Below are positions 9,367 to 19,578 of a stretch of DNA of 64,000 nt, piece by piece. The notes under the pieces were generated by a model. That model saw only the letters and a program-made list of their open reading frames with translations, had not been told where the DNA came from and searched no databases. Both the position numbers and the translations under genes were made by a program. Origin of the DNA: Dehalococcoidia bacterium (GTDB lineage Bacteria > Chloroflexota > Dehalococcoidia > Lucifugimonadales > UBA3495); contig OY764869.1 in assembly GCA_963668585.1 (NCBI GenBank), positions 861,212 through 925,211 on the forward strand, given 5' to 3'. Numbering within the stretch: the first letter of the stretch is position 1; each line of letters starts with the position of its first letter.

Positions 9367-11344
9367 CCTTGGCGCCGCCTGCCTCTGGATGGCGTTGGCT
9401 CTCGCTTCATATTCTACGCTGGCATCCGTGCTGGGACAGGTCAGGGGCGCTCCGGCCCTGCTGGACAGCGCGCGCAAGGCGTCCTACGTGCTGGTCGTGG
9501 TGCTGCTGGTGGCCACCCTGTCGCTGGTGCAGTCCTTCATCACCCGCGATTTCTCCCTGGCCTACGTGGCCGCCCACAGCAACATCGCGATGCCCAACAT
9601 CTACACTTGGGTAGCCTTTTACGCCGGCAACGAGGGATCGCTGCTCTACATCGCCTTCGCCCTGTCGGCCATGTCCGCCGTCGCCATCTGGCTCGCGCCC
9701 GCCTCAACCCGCCCCACGCTGGCGTGGACCGTGGCCACCCTCATGCTCATCGAGGTATTCTTCCTGGCCGTGATGGGATTCATGGCCAATCCCTTTCAGA
9801 AATTGCCCTTCCCGGTGCCCGACGGCCAGGGCATCAACCCGCTGCTGACCCACTTCGGGATGTTCTTCCACCCGCCCGCCCTGATGGCCGGACTGGCCGG
9901 CATCAGCATACCCTTTGCCTTCGCGCTGGGCGGCCTGATCGGCGGTCGCGCCGAGGACGAGTGGATCGACGCCGGGCGAGCCTGGGGCGTGGGCATCTGG
10001 GCGCTGCTGGCGTCCGGCCTGCTGCTCGGCTCCTGGTGGGCCTACACCATCCTGGGCTGGGGAGGCTTCTGGTTCTGGGACCCGGTGGAGAACGCCGCCT
10101 TCATGCCCTGGATCGCGCTCACCGCCTTCGTTCACTCCATCATGGTGCAGAAGCGGCGCGGCATGTTCCGCATGTGGAACGTCGTGCTGATCAACGTGGC
10201 CTTCGGCCTCGCGCTCTATGGGATGTTCATGAACCGCGGCGGCCCGGTGCCCTCGGTCCATTCCTTCGGCGCATCGACGCTGGGCTGGGTGTTCCTGCTG
10301 TTCCTCGGCGTGGGCGTCGTCGTCCCCATGGCGATATTCTTCTGGCGTTACGACCTGATGCGCAGCGCGCAGCGGTTGGACTCAATGCTCTCCCGCGAAG
10401 CGGCGTTCCTCATCAACAACCTGCTCCTCCTTGGCATCGCCTTCGCCACCCTGTGGGGCACGGTGTACCCCCTCCTGTCCCGCCTGTTCGCAGAGCAGGA
10501 AATCACGGTGGCGCGGCCCTTCTACGATCAGGTCAACGGCCCGCTGATGCTGGCGCTGGTGCTGCTGATGGGCGTCGGCCCGCTGCTTCCGTGGCGTCAC
10601 GCCAACCTGCAGTCCCTGCGGCGTGCGCTGCTGCTCCCCGGCGCGGCCGCGTTGGTCACGGCCGGCATCCTGCTGGTCGTGGGAGTCCGGCAGCCCTACG
10701 CCGTGGTCGGGTTCGCCCTGTGCGCCCTGGTCGCCGCCAGCATCCTGGCCGAGTGGACGCGCGGAACCATCGCCCGCCGGCGCAGCGTCGGCGACAACTT
10801 CGCCCTGGGATTCGTGCGGCTGATCACCGCCAACCGGCCCCGCTACGGCGGCTACGTGGTGCATCTGGCCGTGTTGATGGTGACCCTCGGCGTGGTGGGG
10901 CAATCGTTCTACGGCGTCCAGCAGGACGTGGTGCTGTTCCCGGGCGAAGACGTCAGCATCGGCAATTACCGCATGGTGTACGTGGACACCACCACCCTTG
11001 CCTTCGCCGACCGCACCCAGTTCCGCACCACGGTTGAGGTGTACCGCGATGGCAAGTTCCTGGACGTGATGCACCCGCAGCGCACCTTCCATCCCGATTT
11101 CAACATGGCGTCCACGCTCGCAGCCATCCGCTCAACCCCGGTGGAGGATTTCTACGTGGTGCCCAGCGAGAACAGGGAGGACGGCGCCGTCGGTTTCCGC
11201 ATCCTGATCAACCCGCTGGTATGGTGGATGTGGGTCGCCGGGCCGGTGCTGATACTGGGCACGGTGATCGCCCTGTGGCCGTCCCGCGCGACGATGCGCC
11301 GTCCCGTGGTGGCGGCAACCGCGCCGGCCGGCGCGGCAGATTAG
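9359..11344 (+). CDS. ccmF: Heme lyase CcmF/NrfE
   Basis: WWD domain GSWWAYTILGWGGFWFWDPVEN, HPP, SVHSF. Confidence 0.95.
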   Translation: MADLGAACLWMALALASYSTLASVLGQVRGAPALLDSARKASYVLVVVLLVATLSLVQSFITRDFSLAYVAAHSNIAMPNIYTWVAFYAGNEGSLLYIAFALSAMSAVAIWLAPASTRPTLAWTVATLMLIEVFFLAVMGFMANPFQKLPFPVPDGQGINPLLTHFGMFFHPPALMAGLAGISIPFAFALGGLIGGRAEDEWIDAGRAWGVGIWALLASGLLLGSWWAYTILGWGGFWFWDPVENAAFMPWIALTAFVHSIMVQKRRGMFRMWNVVLINVAFGLALYGMFMNRGGPVPSVHSFGASTLGWVFLLFLGVGVVVPMAIFFWRYDLMRSAQRLDSMLSREAAFLINNLLLLGIAFATLWGTVYPLLSRLFAEQEITVARPFYDQVNGPLMLALVLLMGVGPLLPWRHANLQSLRRALLLPGAAALVTAGILLVVGVRQPYAVVGFALCALVAASILAEWTRGTIARRRSVGDNFALGFVRLITANRPRYGGYVVHLAVLMVTLGVVGQSFYGVQQDVVLFPGEDVSIGNYRMVYVDTTTLAFADRTQFRTTVEVYRDGKFLDVMHPQRTFHPDFNMASTLAAIRSTPVEDFYVVPSENREDGAVGFRILINPLVWWMWVAGPVLILGTVIALWPSRATMRRPVVAATAPAGAAD

Positions 11345-11355
11345 CGGGCATTCCC

Positions 11356-11655
11356 ATGCAGTTGGGGCTGGCGGTCGCCGTCGCATTGCTGGTTATTGCA
11401 GTGGTGGCCTGGCCGCTTCTGACGCGGCGGCGCAACCGGCCCGATGCCTCGCCGACGCCGCCGGCCGCCGCCACGAGCGACAATGCGGCCGCGCTCAACG
11501 CCGTGTACGACGCCATCCGCACACTGCAAACCGACCACGGCCTCGGTCGCGTCAACGACAACGATTTCGCCGCGCAGCTTGACGAATACCGCCGCCAGGC
11601 CGCCCGCATCCTGCGCGACATGGATCGGGAGACTGCTGAAGGGCAGGATGCTTGA
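11356..11655 (+). CDS. CcmI-like N-terminal domain protein
   Basis: TM helix ending WPL, then YDAIRTL..DH.LG.....DF...L..YR..A, typical of CcmI N-termini; follows ccmF. Confidence 0.55.
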   Translation: MQLGLAVAVALLVIAVVAWPLLTRRRNRPDASPTPPAAATSDNAAALNAVYDAIRTLQTDHGLGRVNDNDFAAQLDEYRRQAARILRDMDRETAEGQDA

Positions 11656-12214
11656 CCCGAGCGCGCTCCCGCCCGACGGTGAGAGTCCAAGCGTAACCGA
11701 CATCATCGAACTGGTGTGGCTGCCCGCGCTGTTGGCCCTGATCACGGCGTCGTCAACCTGGCTCATCTGGTACTATACCCATACGGTTTGCACGCCCGAA
11801 GTCGCTGCGTTGACCGGCTGCAACGTGGGCCCCGTCGCCAAATACGTCGATGTGGACGTTTTCGGCAGGATGCTGACCTACGGCGGGCTGGTCGCTGGAA
11901 TCGGAGGTTTTTGGCGGTACGACATGATCAAGAAGGAACGTGCTGCGCGCATCGCGGCGCAAAACCAGTTGGCTGAGATCCAGAAGCAATGGCAGGAGGA
12001 GCGCCAGAACCTGATGGCATCCCTGGCCGAGCAGCGCCTGCAGGCCGCCGAGGAACGCGAACGCGCCATCCAGCAGGCCTCCGAAGACCGCGAGCAGGCC
12101 GCCCGACAGGCCGCCGAGGACCGACAGGCGTTTCTGGCCGCCCTGTCTGATCTCACCGCCGAACTCGCTCACCTGCGCCAGCAGCGCAACGGCGACATCC
12201 ACAACGGCCAGTAA
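11648..12214 (+). CDS. Hypothetical membrane protein with C-terminal coiled coil
   Basis: ATG overlaps the upstream stop; two hydrophobic segments around a Cys pair; Q/E/R/A-rich helical tail. Confidence 0.55.
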   Translation: MLDPSALPPDGESPSVTDIIELVWLPALLALITASSTWLIWYYTHTVCTPEVAALTGCNVGPVAKYVDVDVFGRMLTYGGLVAGIGGFWRYDMIKKERAARIAAQNQLAEIQKQWQEERQNLMASLAEQRLQAAEERERAIQQASEDREQAARQAAEDRQAFLAALSDLTAELAHLRQQRNGDIHNGQ

Positions 12215-12221
12215 CGTAGCC

Positions 12222-13271
12222 TTGTTTATCCGGTGGTTCATACCGGCCGCGTTGGTGGTCATCGCCATCGCCTTGCTGGCGATCCCCACGGCGGAGATTT
12301 ACTCGCAGTCGCCCAGCGCGTCGCCGGTAACCGGCGCGTTGGTCAACGGCACAGCGGGAGGCCCAACGCCCGCCAACGCCACCGTGCTGCTGCACCAGTT
12401 CGGCGTTGACTCCGTTTCGGTGGACACCTTCGAAACCACCACGGACGCAGACGGCGCGTTCCGCTTTGACGACGCGCCGCCCATTCCAGAAAACGGCAGC
12501 GCGGCGGTGGTCGCCATCTACGGCGAAACCCGGTACAGCCGGACGCTCTCGCCGGCGGACTCGGCCGAGCCATTGACGCTGGTCGTCCATGAATTCACCC
12601 GCGATGTCGGCGTGGTGGAAACCACCGAGCATTCCATCATCGTCGCCGGTATCGACACCGCGACTCGCCGCGTGGCCGCCGTGCAGTTGTTCACGCTGGA
12701 GAACCGCAGCGACACCACGCTGGTTCCCGATCTGTCGGCTCCGCCCATGATCGGCCAGTTCAGCTTCCTGCGCTTTTCCCTCCCTGGTGAGTCCTCCAAT
12801 CTCGACGTTGCCACCGATCTGGTGGGCGGCGAGGTCATTCCCGTGGGCACCGGGTTCGCCATCACCGCGCCGGTGCAGCCGGGCCGCCACCAGGTGAGTT
12901 TCACCTTCACCGTGCCCTACGACGGCGACACGCTGGCTTGGCGCGACAATACCCTCCAGGGCGCGGAATCGCTGCGTCTGCTGATTCCCGACGAGTTCGG
13001 CGATATAGGCGTGGGCGGCCTGACTGCCCGGGAAGACCTGGCGCTGGGCGAGATTTCCTACCGGGTCTGGGGAGCCGAAAATCTCGCCCCGGGCGCAGGC
13101 GTGAACCTCCAACTCACCGGATTGCCGGAACCGTCGTGGATCACCAAACTGGGCAACCCCCTGTCCGAAGCTCGTTTCTGGTACGGAGCGGTGCCCATCA
13201 TCGTCACGGTGACGCTGGCCGGCCTCCTAATCTGGGGCTCCTGGCGTCGCCCGACGGAAACCGTCGCCTGA
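12222..13271 (+). CDS. Exported membrane-anchored protein with carboxypeptidase-regulatory-like beta domain, in the ccm cluster
   Basis: Signal peptide, TG.LVNGT.G and TTTDADGAFRFD, C-terminal TM followed by RR. Confidence 0.6.
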   Translation: MFIRWFIPAALVVIAIALLAIPTAEIYSQSPSASPVTGALVNGTAGGPTPANATVLLHQFGVDSVSVDTFETTTDADGAFRFDDAPPIPENGSAAVVAIYGETRYSRTLSPADSAEPLTLVVHEFTRDVGVVETTEHSIIVAGIDTATRRVAAVQLFTLENRSDTTLVPDLSAPPMIGQFSFLRFSLPGESSNLDVATDLVGGEVIPVGTGFAITAPVQPGRHQVSFTFTVPYDGDTLAWRDNTLQGAESLRLLIPDEFGDIGVGGLTAREDLALGEISYRVWGAENLAPGAGVNLQLTGLPEPSWITKLGNPLSEARFWYGAVPIIVTVTLAGLLIWGSWRRPTETVA

Positions 13272-13843
13272 TGTCCCGACGCAACTGGATTATCGTGGGC
13301 ACGGCGGCGGTCCTGATCCCCCTGTTCGCGCTGTTGGCATGGGCCGCCTCGCAGCAGCGTGGCCAGCCCGCCGGCGCGGGCATCAACCAGCAATTCGGCG
13401 AGATTCAGGTGGAATCCCTGCCGGCCATGGACTTCACCCTCCCGCTATTCGATGGCGACGACCTTCAACTCGCTGACCTGCACGGCAGAGTGGTGATGAT
13501 CGACTTCTGGGCGTCCTGGTGCGGCCCGTGTCGCCAGGAGTCGGCGGCCCTGAATCGCGCCTACACCGCCTATGCGGACCGGCCCGTGGAGTTTGTCGGC
13601 GTCAACGTCTGGGACACCGAAAATAGCGCCGAACTGTTCCTGGTGGAGTTTGGCGTCCCCTACCCCGCCGGCATCGACGCCAACGGGGACATTGCGCTGA
13701 ACTACGGAGTGCGCGGCATACCGGAGAAGTTTTTCGTTGACGCCAACGGCGTGATACGGCACAAATACGTCGGCCCAATGTCCGATGAGGTGTTGCACAG
13801 CACGCTTGACCAACTGTTGGCGGAAATCGAACCGGGCGGCTGA
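13271..13843 (+). CDS. TlpA/CcmG-type thiol-disulfide oxidoreductase
   Basis: N-terminal TM, DFWASWCGPC, YGVRGIPE; ATG overlaps the upstream TGA. Confidence 0.88.
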   Translation: MSRRNWIIVGTAAVLIPLFALLAWAASQQRGQPAGAGINQQFGEIQVESLPAMDFTLPLFDGDDLQLADLHGRVVMIDFWASWCGPCRQESAALNRAYTAYADRPVEFVGVNVWDTENSAELFLVEFGVPYPAGIDANGDIALNYGVRGIPEKFFVDANGVIRHKYVGPMSDEVLHSTLDQLLAEIEPGG

Positions 13844-13909
13844 GACGGTCGGCAATGATACAATTTGTCCATCAGCGACGCCTTTTCACCACAACGACAC
13901 CAGACCGCA

Positions 13910-14956
13910 ATGACCATTTCCGGTTCCCACACAGACACTGACCAATCGCAGGTTGCCCTCGCCATGGACTGGGGAGGAACGTGGGCCCGTGCCGCCGTGA
14001 TCGACCGCCAGGGTCGCATCCTCTGGCAGGGACGGGCCGCCAACCAGCCCGGCGCTCTGCAGGACGAACTGGTGGCGGGCGCGGGGGCTATTCTCAGTGA
14101 AGCCAGGGACAACGCGGCTGGCCGTCCCATCGCCGGCGTCGGCATCGCGCTGGCCGGCTCCATAGACGCCGCCACCAATATGCTGCTGTCCTCTCCCAAT
14201 CTGCCCGCCCTCAACGGCGTCAACCTGCCCGATGTCTGGCAACCCATGCTCGATCTGCCCGTCTGGGTCGGCAATGACGCCAACCTTGCCGCCCTGGGTG
14301 AATGTTATTACGGCGCGGGACAACCCATCCCTCCCGACAACCGGCCGGCCCGCACGCTGGTGTTCGTTACCTTCAGCACCGGCGTTGGCGCCGGGGTCGT
14401 CGATGGCGGCGAGGTATTCATCGGAGCGGCGGGGGCCGCCGCCGAGGTCGGCCACATGACCATCGACTGCCGCGCCGACGCTCCGCCCTGCGCCTGCGGC
14501 AACAGCGGATGCCTGGAAGCCCTGGCCTCAGGCACCGCCATCGGCAGGGCCGCTCAGGCGCGCCTCAGCGACGCCACGCCGGGCGCTCCTCTGCAACGCG
14601 CCTATGAATCCAGCGAAGTCATCACCGGCGAGGATGTTTTCGACGCGGCGCAACGCGGCGACTCGGTGGCCGTGGAAGTGGTGAACGATGCGGTGGCGGC
14701 CATCATCGTGGGCATGGGCAACGTCCTCAACCTGTTCAACCCCGATGTGGTCGTCCTGGGCGGCGGCGTAACCCAGGGCCTGCTGCAACTCGACCTGCTG
14801 CCCCAGATCGAGGAGGGTATGCGACGGCGCGCCATGAGTTCCGGCCACCGGCGGTTCCGCCTGGCACCGGCCACCCTGGGCGACAGCCAGGGACTGGTCG
14901 GCGGCGCAAGCCTGGTCTGGGCGAATACGCAGGGACAGGCAGCGCCGCCCGGTTAG
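13910..14956 (+). CDS. ROK-family sugar kinase (glucokinase-like)
   Basis: DWGGT, NDANLAALGE, STGVGAG, EVGH, CACGNSGCLE. Confidence 0.88.
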   Translation: MTISGSHTDTDQSQVALAMDWGGTWARAAVIDRQGRILWQGRAANQPGALQDELVAGAGAILSEARDNAAGRPIAGVGIALAGSIDAATNMLLSSPNLPALNGVNLPDVWQPMLDLPVWVGNDANLAALGECYYGAGQPIPPDNRPARTLVFVTFSTGVGAGVVDGGEVFIGAAGAAAEVGHMTIDCRADAPPCACGNSGCLEALASGTAIGRAAQARLSDATPGAPLQRAYESSEVITGEDVFDAAQRGDSVAVEVVNDAVAAIIVGMGNVLNLFNPDVVVLGGGVTQGLLQLDLLPQIEEGMRRRAMSSGHRRFRLAPATLGDSQGLVGGASLVWANTQGQAAPPG

Positions 14957-14959
14957 CCT

Positions 14960-15097
14960 CCGTTCACACTTTGAAACCCACCCGTCGTTCCTGCGAAATC
15001 AGGAACCCAGAAAAGTCTCGGCAACAGTACCGTCGGCACCATTTCGTATTTTCTGGCTTCCGCTTTCGCGGGAATAACGGAAACGGTGCGGCCCTAG
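14960..15097. repeat. MITE-like repeat, copy 1
   Basis: Shares CCGTTCACACTTTGAAA...CGTCGTTCCTGCG..AGGAACCCAGAAAAGTCTCGGCAACAG with 18463-18636. Confidence 0.65.
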
Positions 15098-15170
15098 CCC
15101 GCTCAACCTAAACCGGCAGCCCGCTCATCCTGAGCCCGTCGAAGGACGAGCGGACGGTTAGCCTGTCGCC

Positions 15171-15938
15171 CTAAACGATGTAGCGTCCGCCCACCACGTT
15201 CATGCGGTCGCCCGTGATGTAGGACGACTCATCGCTGGCGTAGAACAGGCACGCGTTGGCGATGTCCTGCACCGTGCCCTGCCTCCGCATCGGTATGGAC
15301 TTCAGGTGCTCCGAAGAGTTCCGGTCCACCTCCTGGAACTCCGGATACCACTCCGGATGAGCGCGGAAAGTGTCCGTGGACCCGGGATTCACCAGGTTGG
15401 CCCGCACCCCGTACTCGGCATATTCGGCGGCGACGGCGCGAATCAGGCCCAAAAGCCCCGTCTTCGCGGTGGTCACCACGGCGGTTTCCGGCCTTCCGGT
15501 GATCGCCGCCTGTCCGCCCAGACCGATTATGCTGCCCGAGCGCTGTTCGATCATCCCCGGCAGCACCGCGCGCATCAGGTAGAAACCGGCGTGCAGGTTG
15601 GTCGCCATCACGTCCTGCCATTCCTCCACGGACACGTCCAGCAGCGGCTTGTGCGGTCGCACCGCCACGTTGCTCACCAGCACGTCCACGGTTCCCACCG
15701 CTTCGATCCCCTCGGCGACCATGGCGGCGACGCGGTCAGGGTCCGAAACGTCGCCGATGACCGTGTGGGTGCGGACGCCAAGCTCACGGCACTCTGCGGC
15801 AACGGTTTCCAGTTCTTCCGCCGACTGCCGAGTGTTCAGAATCAGGTCCGCGCCCTCCCGGGCGAAGGTGCGGGCGATCTCCGCGCCAATGTTCCTGCTG
15901 GCGCCGGTGATCAGAGCAGTTTTGTTTTCAAGACGCAT
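15171..15938 (-). CDS. Short-chain dehydrogenase/reductase
   Basis: TALITGASRNIG, VRANLVNPG, YITG; the canonical YxxxK is altered to VTTAK. Confidence 0.88.
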   Translation of the reverse strand: MRLENKTALITGASRNIGAEIARTFAREGADLILNTRQSAEELETVAAECRELGVRTHTVIGDVSDPDRVAAMVAEGIEAVGTVDVLVSNVAVRPHKPLLDVSVEEWQDVMATNLHAGFYLMRAVLPGMIEQRSGSIIGLGGQAAITGRPETAVVTTAKTGLLGLIRAVAAEYAEYGVRANLVNPGSTDTFRAHPEWYPEFQEVDRNSSEHLKSIPMRRQGTVQDIANACLFYASDESSYITGDRMNVVGGRYIV

Positions 15939-16130
15939 CTTTCTATCCTCCACAGGTTATTTCCCTCGCCCCTACGGCGCAATTGCCATCTGGCCGGCGC
16001 CAGGCCGGCTCTGCCGAATTGCGCAGCACAGAATAAATCTGCCGAATCACGATTGTCAAAACGAACGGGGCGACCAATGGCCGCCCCGAGCGCTGACTTT
16101 GCCTGTTACGGACTCCGCTCGTTGTCGAAC

Positions 16131-17171
16131 TCAGTACGGCCCGTATCCTGGCACGTTGATGCACGCCGCGATGTGGTCCGGCAGCACCTCCCGCGCTTCC
16201 GGCATCACCCGCATGCAGTCGTCCGTCGCCAGTGGGCAACGCGGATGGAACACGCAGCCGCTCGGCGGGTTCAGCGGGCTTGGCACCTCGCCCGACAGGA
16301 TGATGCGCTCGCGTTGCGCGTCCAGCACCGGGTCGGGAATCGGCACCGCCGACAGCAGCGCGCGCGTGTAGGGATGCTGCGGGTTCTCGTAGATGGCGTT
16401 CCGGTCCGCGACCTCCACAATCTTGCCTAGGTACATCACCGCCACGCGGTCGCTGATGTGTCGCACCACCGACAGGTCGTGGGCAATGAACAGGTAGGTA
16501 AGGTCATAGCGCTCCTGCAGGTCTTCCAGCAGGTTGATGATCTGCGCCTGGATGGACACGTCGAGCGCCGACACCGGCTCGTCGCACACGATGAACGACG
16601 GGTCAACGGACAGAGCCCTCGCCACGCCGATGCGCTGACGCTGCCCGCCGCTGAACTCATGGGGGAAGCGGTCGGCCATGTACGGGTTCAGGCCCACGTT
16701 GTTCAGAAGCTCAGCCACCCGTTCGCGGTACTCGCGCTTGTTGTTGACCAATCCATGCACGGCCAACGGTTCGCCGATGATGTTGCCCGCAGTCATCCGA
16801 GGATTCAGCGAGCTGTATGGGTCCTGGAAGATGATCTGCATCTGCCGGCGCATGGTGCGCATCTGGTTGGTTTTGGCTTGCGCGATCTCCGTGCCGTCGA
16901 ACCAGATCTCGCCCTCCGTGGGACGGTAGAGGCGCAGGATGCATCGACCCGTGGTCGTTTTCCCGCAGCCCGACTCTCCCACCAGCCCCAGCGTCTCGCC
17001 TCGCAGCACCGTGAAATTTACATCGTCCACGGCCTTGATGTGCGCCACGGCCCGCTGGAACAGGATCCCCGAAGTCACCGGGAAGTGCATCTTCAGGCCG
17101 CGAACGTCCAGCAGGACGTCATTATGAGCGGCCGACGTGTCGGCAGTCTGCGGCATTTCGGCGGTCGTCAT
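16131..17171 (-). CDS. Oligopeptide ABC transporter ATPase, OppF/DppF type
   Basis: [29 protein letters not shown] and a C-terminal Cys motif. Confidence 0.93.
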   Translation of the reverse strand: MTTAEMPQTADTSAAHNDVLLDVRGLKMHFPVTSGILFQRAVAHIKAVDDVNFTVLRGETLGLVGESGCGKTTTGRCILRLYRPTEGEIWFDGTEIAQAKTNQMRTMRRQMQIIFQDPYSSLNPRMTAGNIIGEPLAVHGLVNNKREYRERVAELLNNVGLNPYMADRFPHEFSGGQRQRIGVARALSVDPSFIVCDEPVSALDVSIQAQIINLLEDLQERYDLTYLFIAHDLSVVRHISDRVAVMYLGKIVEVADRNAIYENPQHPYTRALLSAVPIPDPVLDAQRERIILSGEVPSPLNPPSGCVFHPRCPLATDDCMRVMPEAREVLPDHIAACINVPGYGPY

Positions 17172-17201
17172 TGTGAAACTCCTCCAGGAGCGATAACGGC
17201 G

Positions 17202-18245
17202 TTAAGCGGTTCCCATGGCGTAGCTCAGCGCCTGCACGCCAAGCTCTTCGGTTCGCCAGCACGCCGAAACGTGCGGCTCTTCACTGTCGCTGTTTTCCAC
17301 CTGCATCAGTGGCGGCGCTTCCGTCGCGCACTTGTCGATGGCCCAGCGGCAGCGGGCGCGGAATGAACAGCCCTGCGGCAGGTTCACCAGGTCGGGCGGT
17401 TGCCCTTCGATGGGCACGAGTTTCGCGGCGTTGCCCTCTGTGTCGGTCAACCGCTGGTCCAGCCGCGGCACGGAGTCCAGCAGGCCCACCGTGTAGGGAT
17501 GGCGCGGGTTGGTGTAAATCTCCAGCGCGGACCCACGCTCGATTATCTTGCCCGCGTACATCACGTTCACGCGGTCGGCGTAGCGCGCCACCACGCCCAG
17601 GTTGTGGGTGATGATGATCAGCGCGACGCCCAGCGTCTCGGTCAGCGACTTCATCAACTCCAGGATCTGCGCCTGAATCGTAACGTCCAGCGCGGTGGTC
17701 GGCTCGTCCGCAATGATCAGCTTGGGGTTGCAGCTCAGCGCCATGGCGATCATCACGCGCTGCCGCATGCCGCCGCTGAACTGGTGGGGATACTGCCGGA
17801 TGCGGCGTTCAGGGTCGGAGATGCCCACCTGCGCCAGCAGGTCCACCGCGTCCTGGCGTGCTTCGTCGCGGGACTTCCCCATGTGCAACTGGATGGTTTC
17901 GGTAAGCTGCCGATCCAGCGTGAGCACCGGGTTCAGCGAGGTCATGGGTTCCTGGAACACCATGGCCATCTTGGCGCCGCGGATGCGACGCATATCGTCC
18001 ATGTCCACTTTGAGGATGTCTTCTCCGTCGAAAAGCACCTCTCCGCCAATTGTCTTGCCCGGGGGATCCGGAATCAGCCTCATCAGCGACAGTGCGCTTA
18101 CGCTTTTGCCGCAGCCGCTTTCTCCCACCAAGCCCAGGGTCTCGCCTGGCAGAACTTCGTACGTGACGTCGTCAACAGCCTTGACCACGCCTTCGTAGGT
18201 GAAAAAGTACGTTTGCAGGTTCTTTACTTCAAGCAGCGGCTCCAC
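17202..18245 (-). CDS. Oligopeptide ABC transporter ATPase, OppD/DppD type
   Basis: GESGCGKS, FQEPMTSLNP, FSGGMRQR, ADEPTTALD. Confidence 0.93.
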   Translation of the reverse strand: MEPLLEVKNLQTYFFTYEGVVKAVDDVTYEVLPGETLGLVGESGCGKSVSALSLMRLIPDPPGKTIGGEVLFDGEDILKVDMDDMRRIRGAKMAMVFQEPMTSLNPVLTLDRQLTETIQLHMGKSRDEARQDAVDLLAQVGISDPERRIRQYPHQFSGGMRQRVMIAMALSCNPKLIIADEPTTALDVTIQAQILELMKSLTETLGVALIIITHNLGVVARYADRVNVMYAGKIIERGSALEIYTNPRHPYTVGLLDSVPRLDQRLTDTEGNAAKLVPIEGQPPDLVNLPQGCSFRARCRWAIDKCATEAPPLMQVENSDSEEPHVSACWRTEELGVQALSYAMGTA

Positions 18246-18462
18246 GGCAACGCTCCTTATTCAGATTGGGGCGCGTGATGGTACACGAAAACCCATGTTG
18301 ACGGTATATTTTTCGTGCGGACAAATTACCATACGGCGGTTGGTACGGCAAGATACGCAATGTCGCGCCCACCGGCCAGGCCCATCCAATCATCGACAAT
18401 AGACAACGCATCACCCTCATCCTGAGCCCCCAGCCCCCTCATCCCGAGCCTGTCCAAGCCAA

Positions 18463-18636
18463 GGCCCGTTCACACTTTGAAAACCATACGTCGTTCCTGC
18501 GGAAGCAGGAACCCAGAAAAGTCTCGGCAACAGGACCGTTGGCATCATTCTGTACCTTCCGGCTGTACCTTCTGGATTCCCGCTTTGGCGAAAATGACGG
18601 AAATGCCAGGCAAATGACGGAAAGTGTGAACACGCC
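18463..18636. mobile_element. MITE-like element with terminal inverted repeats, copy 2
   Basis: GTTCACACTTT (18468-18478) and AAAGTGTGAAC (18621-18631); interior homologous to 14960-15097. Confidence 0.6.
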
Positions 18637-18822
18637 CCAGTTCCCTCATCCCAAGCCCACCGTCCCGGCAACAGCAAATTCCTTTCCGCCAGGATAATCG
18701 AAATGACCCTGATGTTCCTCCGGCCGGCGACGCGACAAACGATGCCGCCCATCTGCGTTACAATGAACATCCATACCGTGGCAATTCCCCAACGGTCTCC
18801 CCGCAAATTCGCGAGGCGTGTC

Positions 18823-19545
18823 ATGACTACGAAACCAGTTGCAGCGCAATCGGATGGCGCAGTGGCCGGGCCCATCAACCAATTCCCTGAATACCCGCCC
18901 AGGGACGATATGCAGAATATCCTCTATATTCACAAGCCCAGCCACGTCACCGCGCTCAGCCGGCATTTTGGAGCGCCCGACACCACCCTCGTACTCGGAG
19001 AAATGCCTCTGGGCTGGGATGCTGAACAAACGACGGGCATACTGGTTCCCGACCTCATGGTAGCCTTCCACATGGACGTCGATGCCGCCATTGCCCAGCG
19101 GGGATACGCCGTCAACGACCGGGGCAAGCCGCCCGACTTCGTTCTCGAAGTCGCTTCCAGAAACACCGCCCGCAACGACGAAACCGGCAAGCGCGATGGC
19201 TACGCCGCATACGGAGTTCCCGAATACTGGCGTTTCGACCCTCAGGGACTTTACTATCGCTCCCGACTGGCCGGCGATACATTGGTCGATGGGGTGTACC
19301 AACCGATTCCCATTGACCAGACCGGCGATGAAATGTACCGGGGATTCTCGGCGGCGCTGAACCTGTACGTCTGCTGGGAACGGGGCCAACTGCGCTGGTA
19401 CGACCCAATCTCAGAAGGCTATCTGCTGACCCATGACGAGGAAGCCGACGCCCGCCTCGCCGCCGAACGCGAACGGGATGCCGAACGCGCGGCCCGCCTC
19501 GCCGCCGAAGAGCGCATCCGCCAGTTGGAGGCCGAACGGGAGTAA
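18823..19545 (+). CDS. Uma2/DUF820-family endonuclease-like protein
   Basis: VPDLMVAF, KPPDFVLEVAS..T...D...K...YA..GVPEYWRFDP; coiled-coil tail. Confidence 0.85.
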   Translation: MTTKPVAAQSDGAVAGPINQFPEYPPRDDMQNILYIHKPSHVTALSRHFGAPDTTLVLGEMPLGWDAEQTTGILVPDLMVAFHMDVDAAIAQRGYAVNDRGKPPDFVLEVASRNTARNDETGKRDGYAAYGVPEYWRFDPQGLYYRSRLAGDTLVDGVYQPIPIDQTGDEMYRGFSAALNLYVCWERGQLRWYDPISEGYLLTHDEEADARLAAERERDAERAARLAAEERIRQLEAERE

Positions 19546-19578
19546 CTCCCGGCGCGGTCGCCAAAAATCCCCGTCCGG

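Noticed and set aside
16131-18245. Orphan oppD/oppF as a novel system
   Set aside because: They are ordinary ATPases, and the permease and binding-protein genes may simply lie elsewhere.
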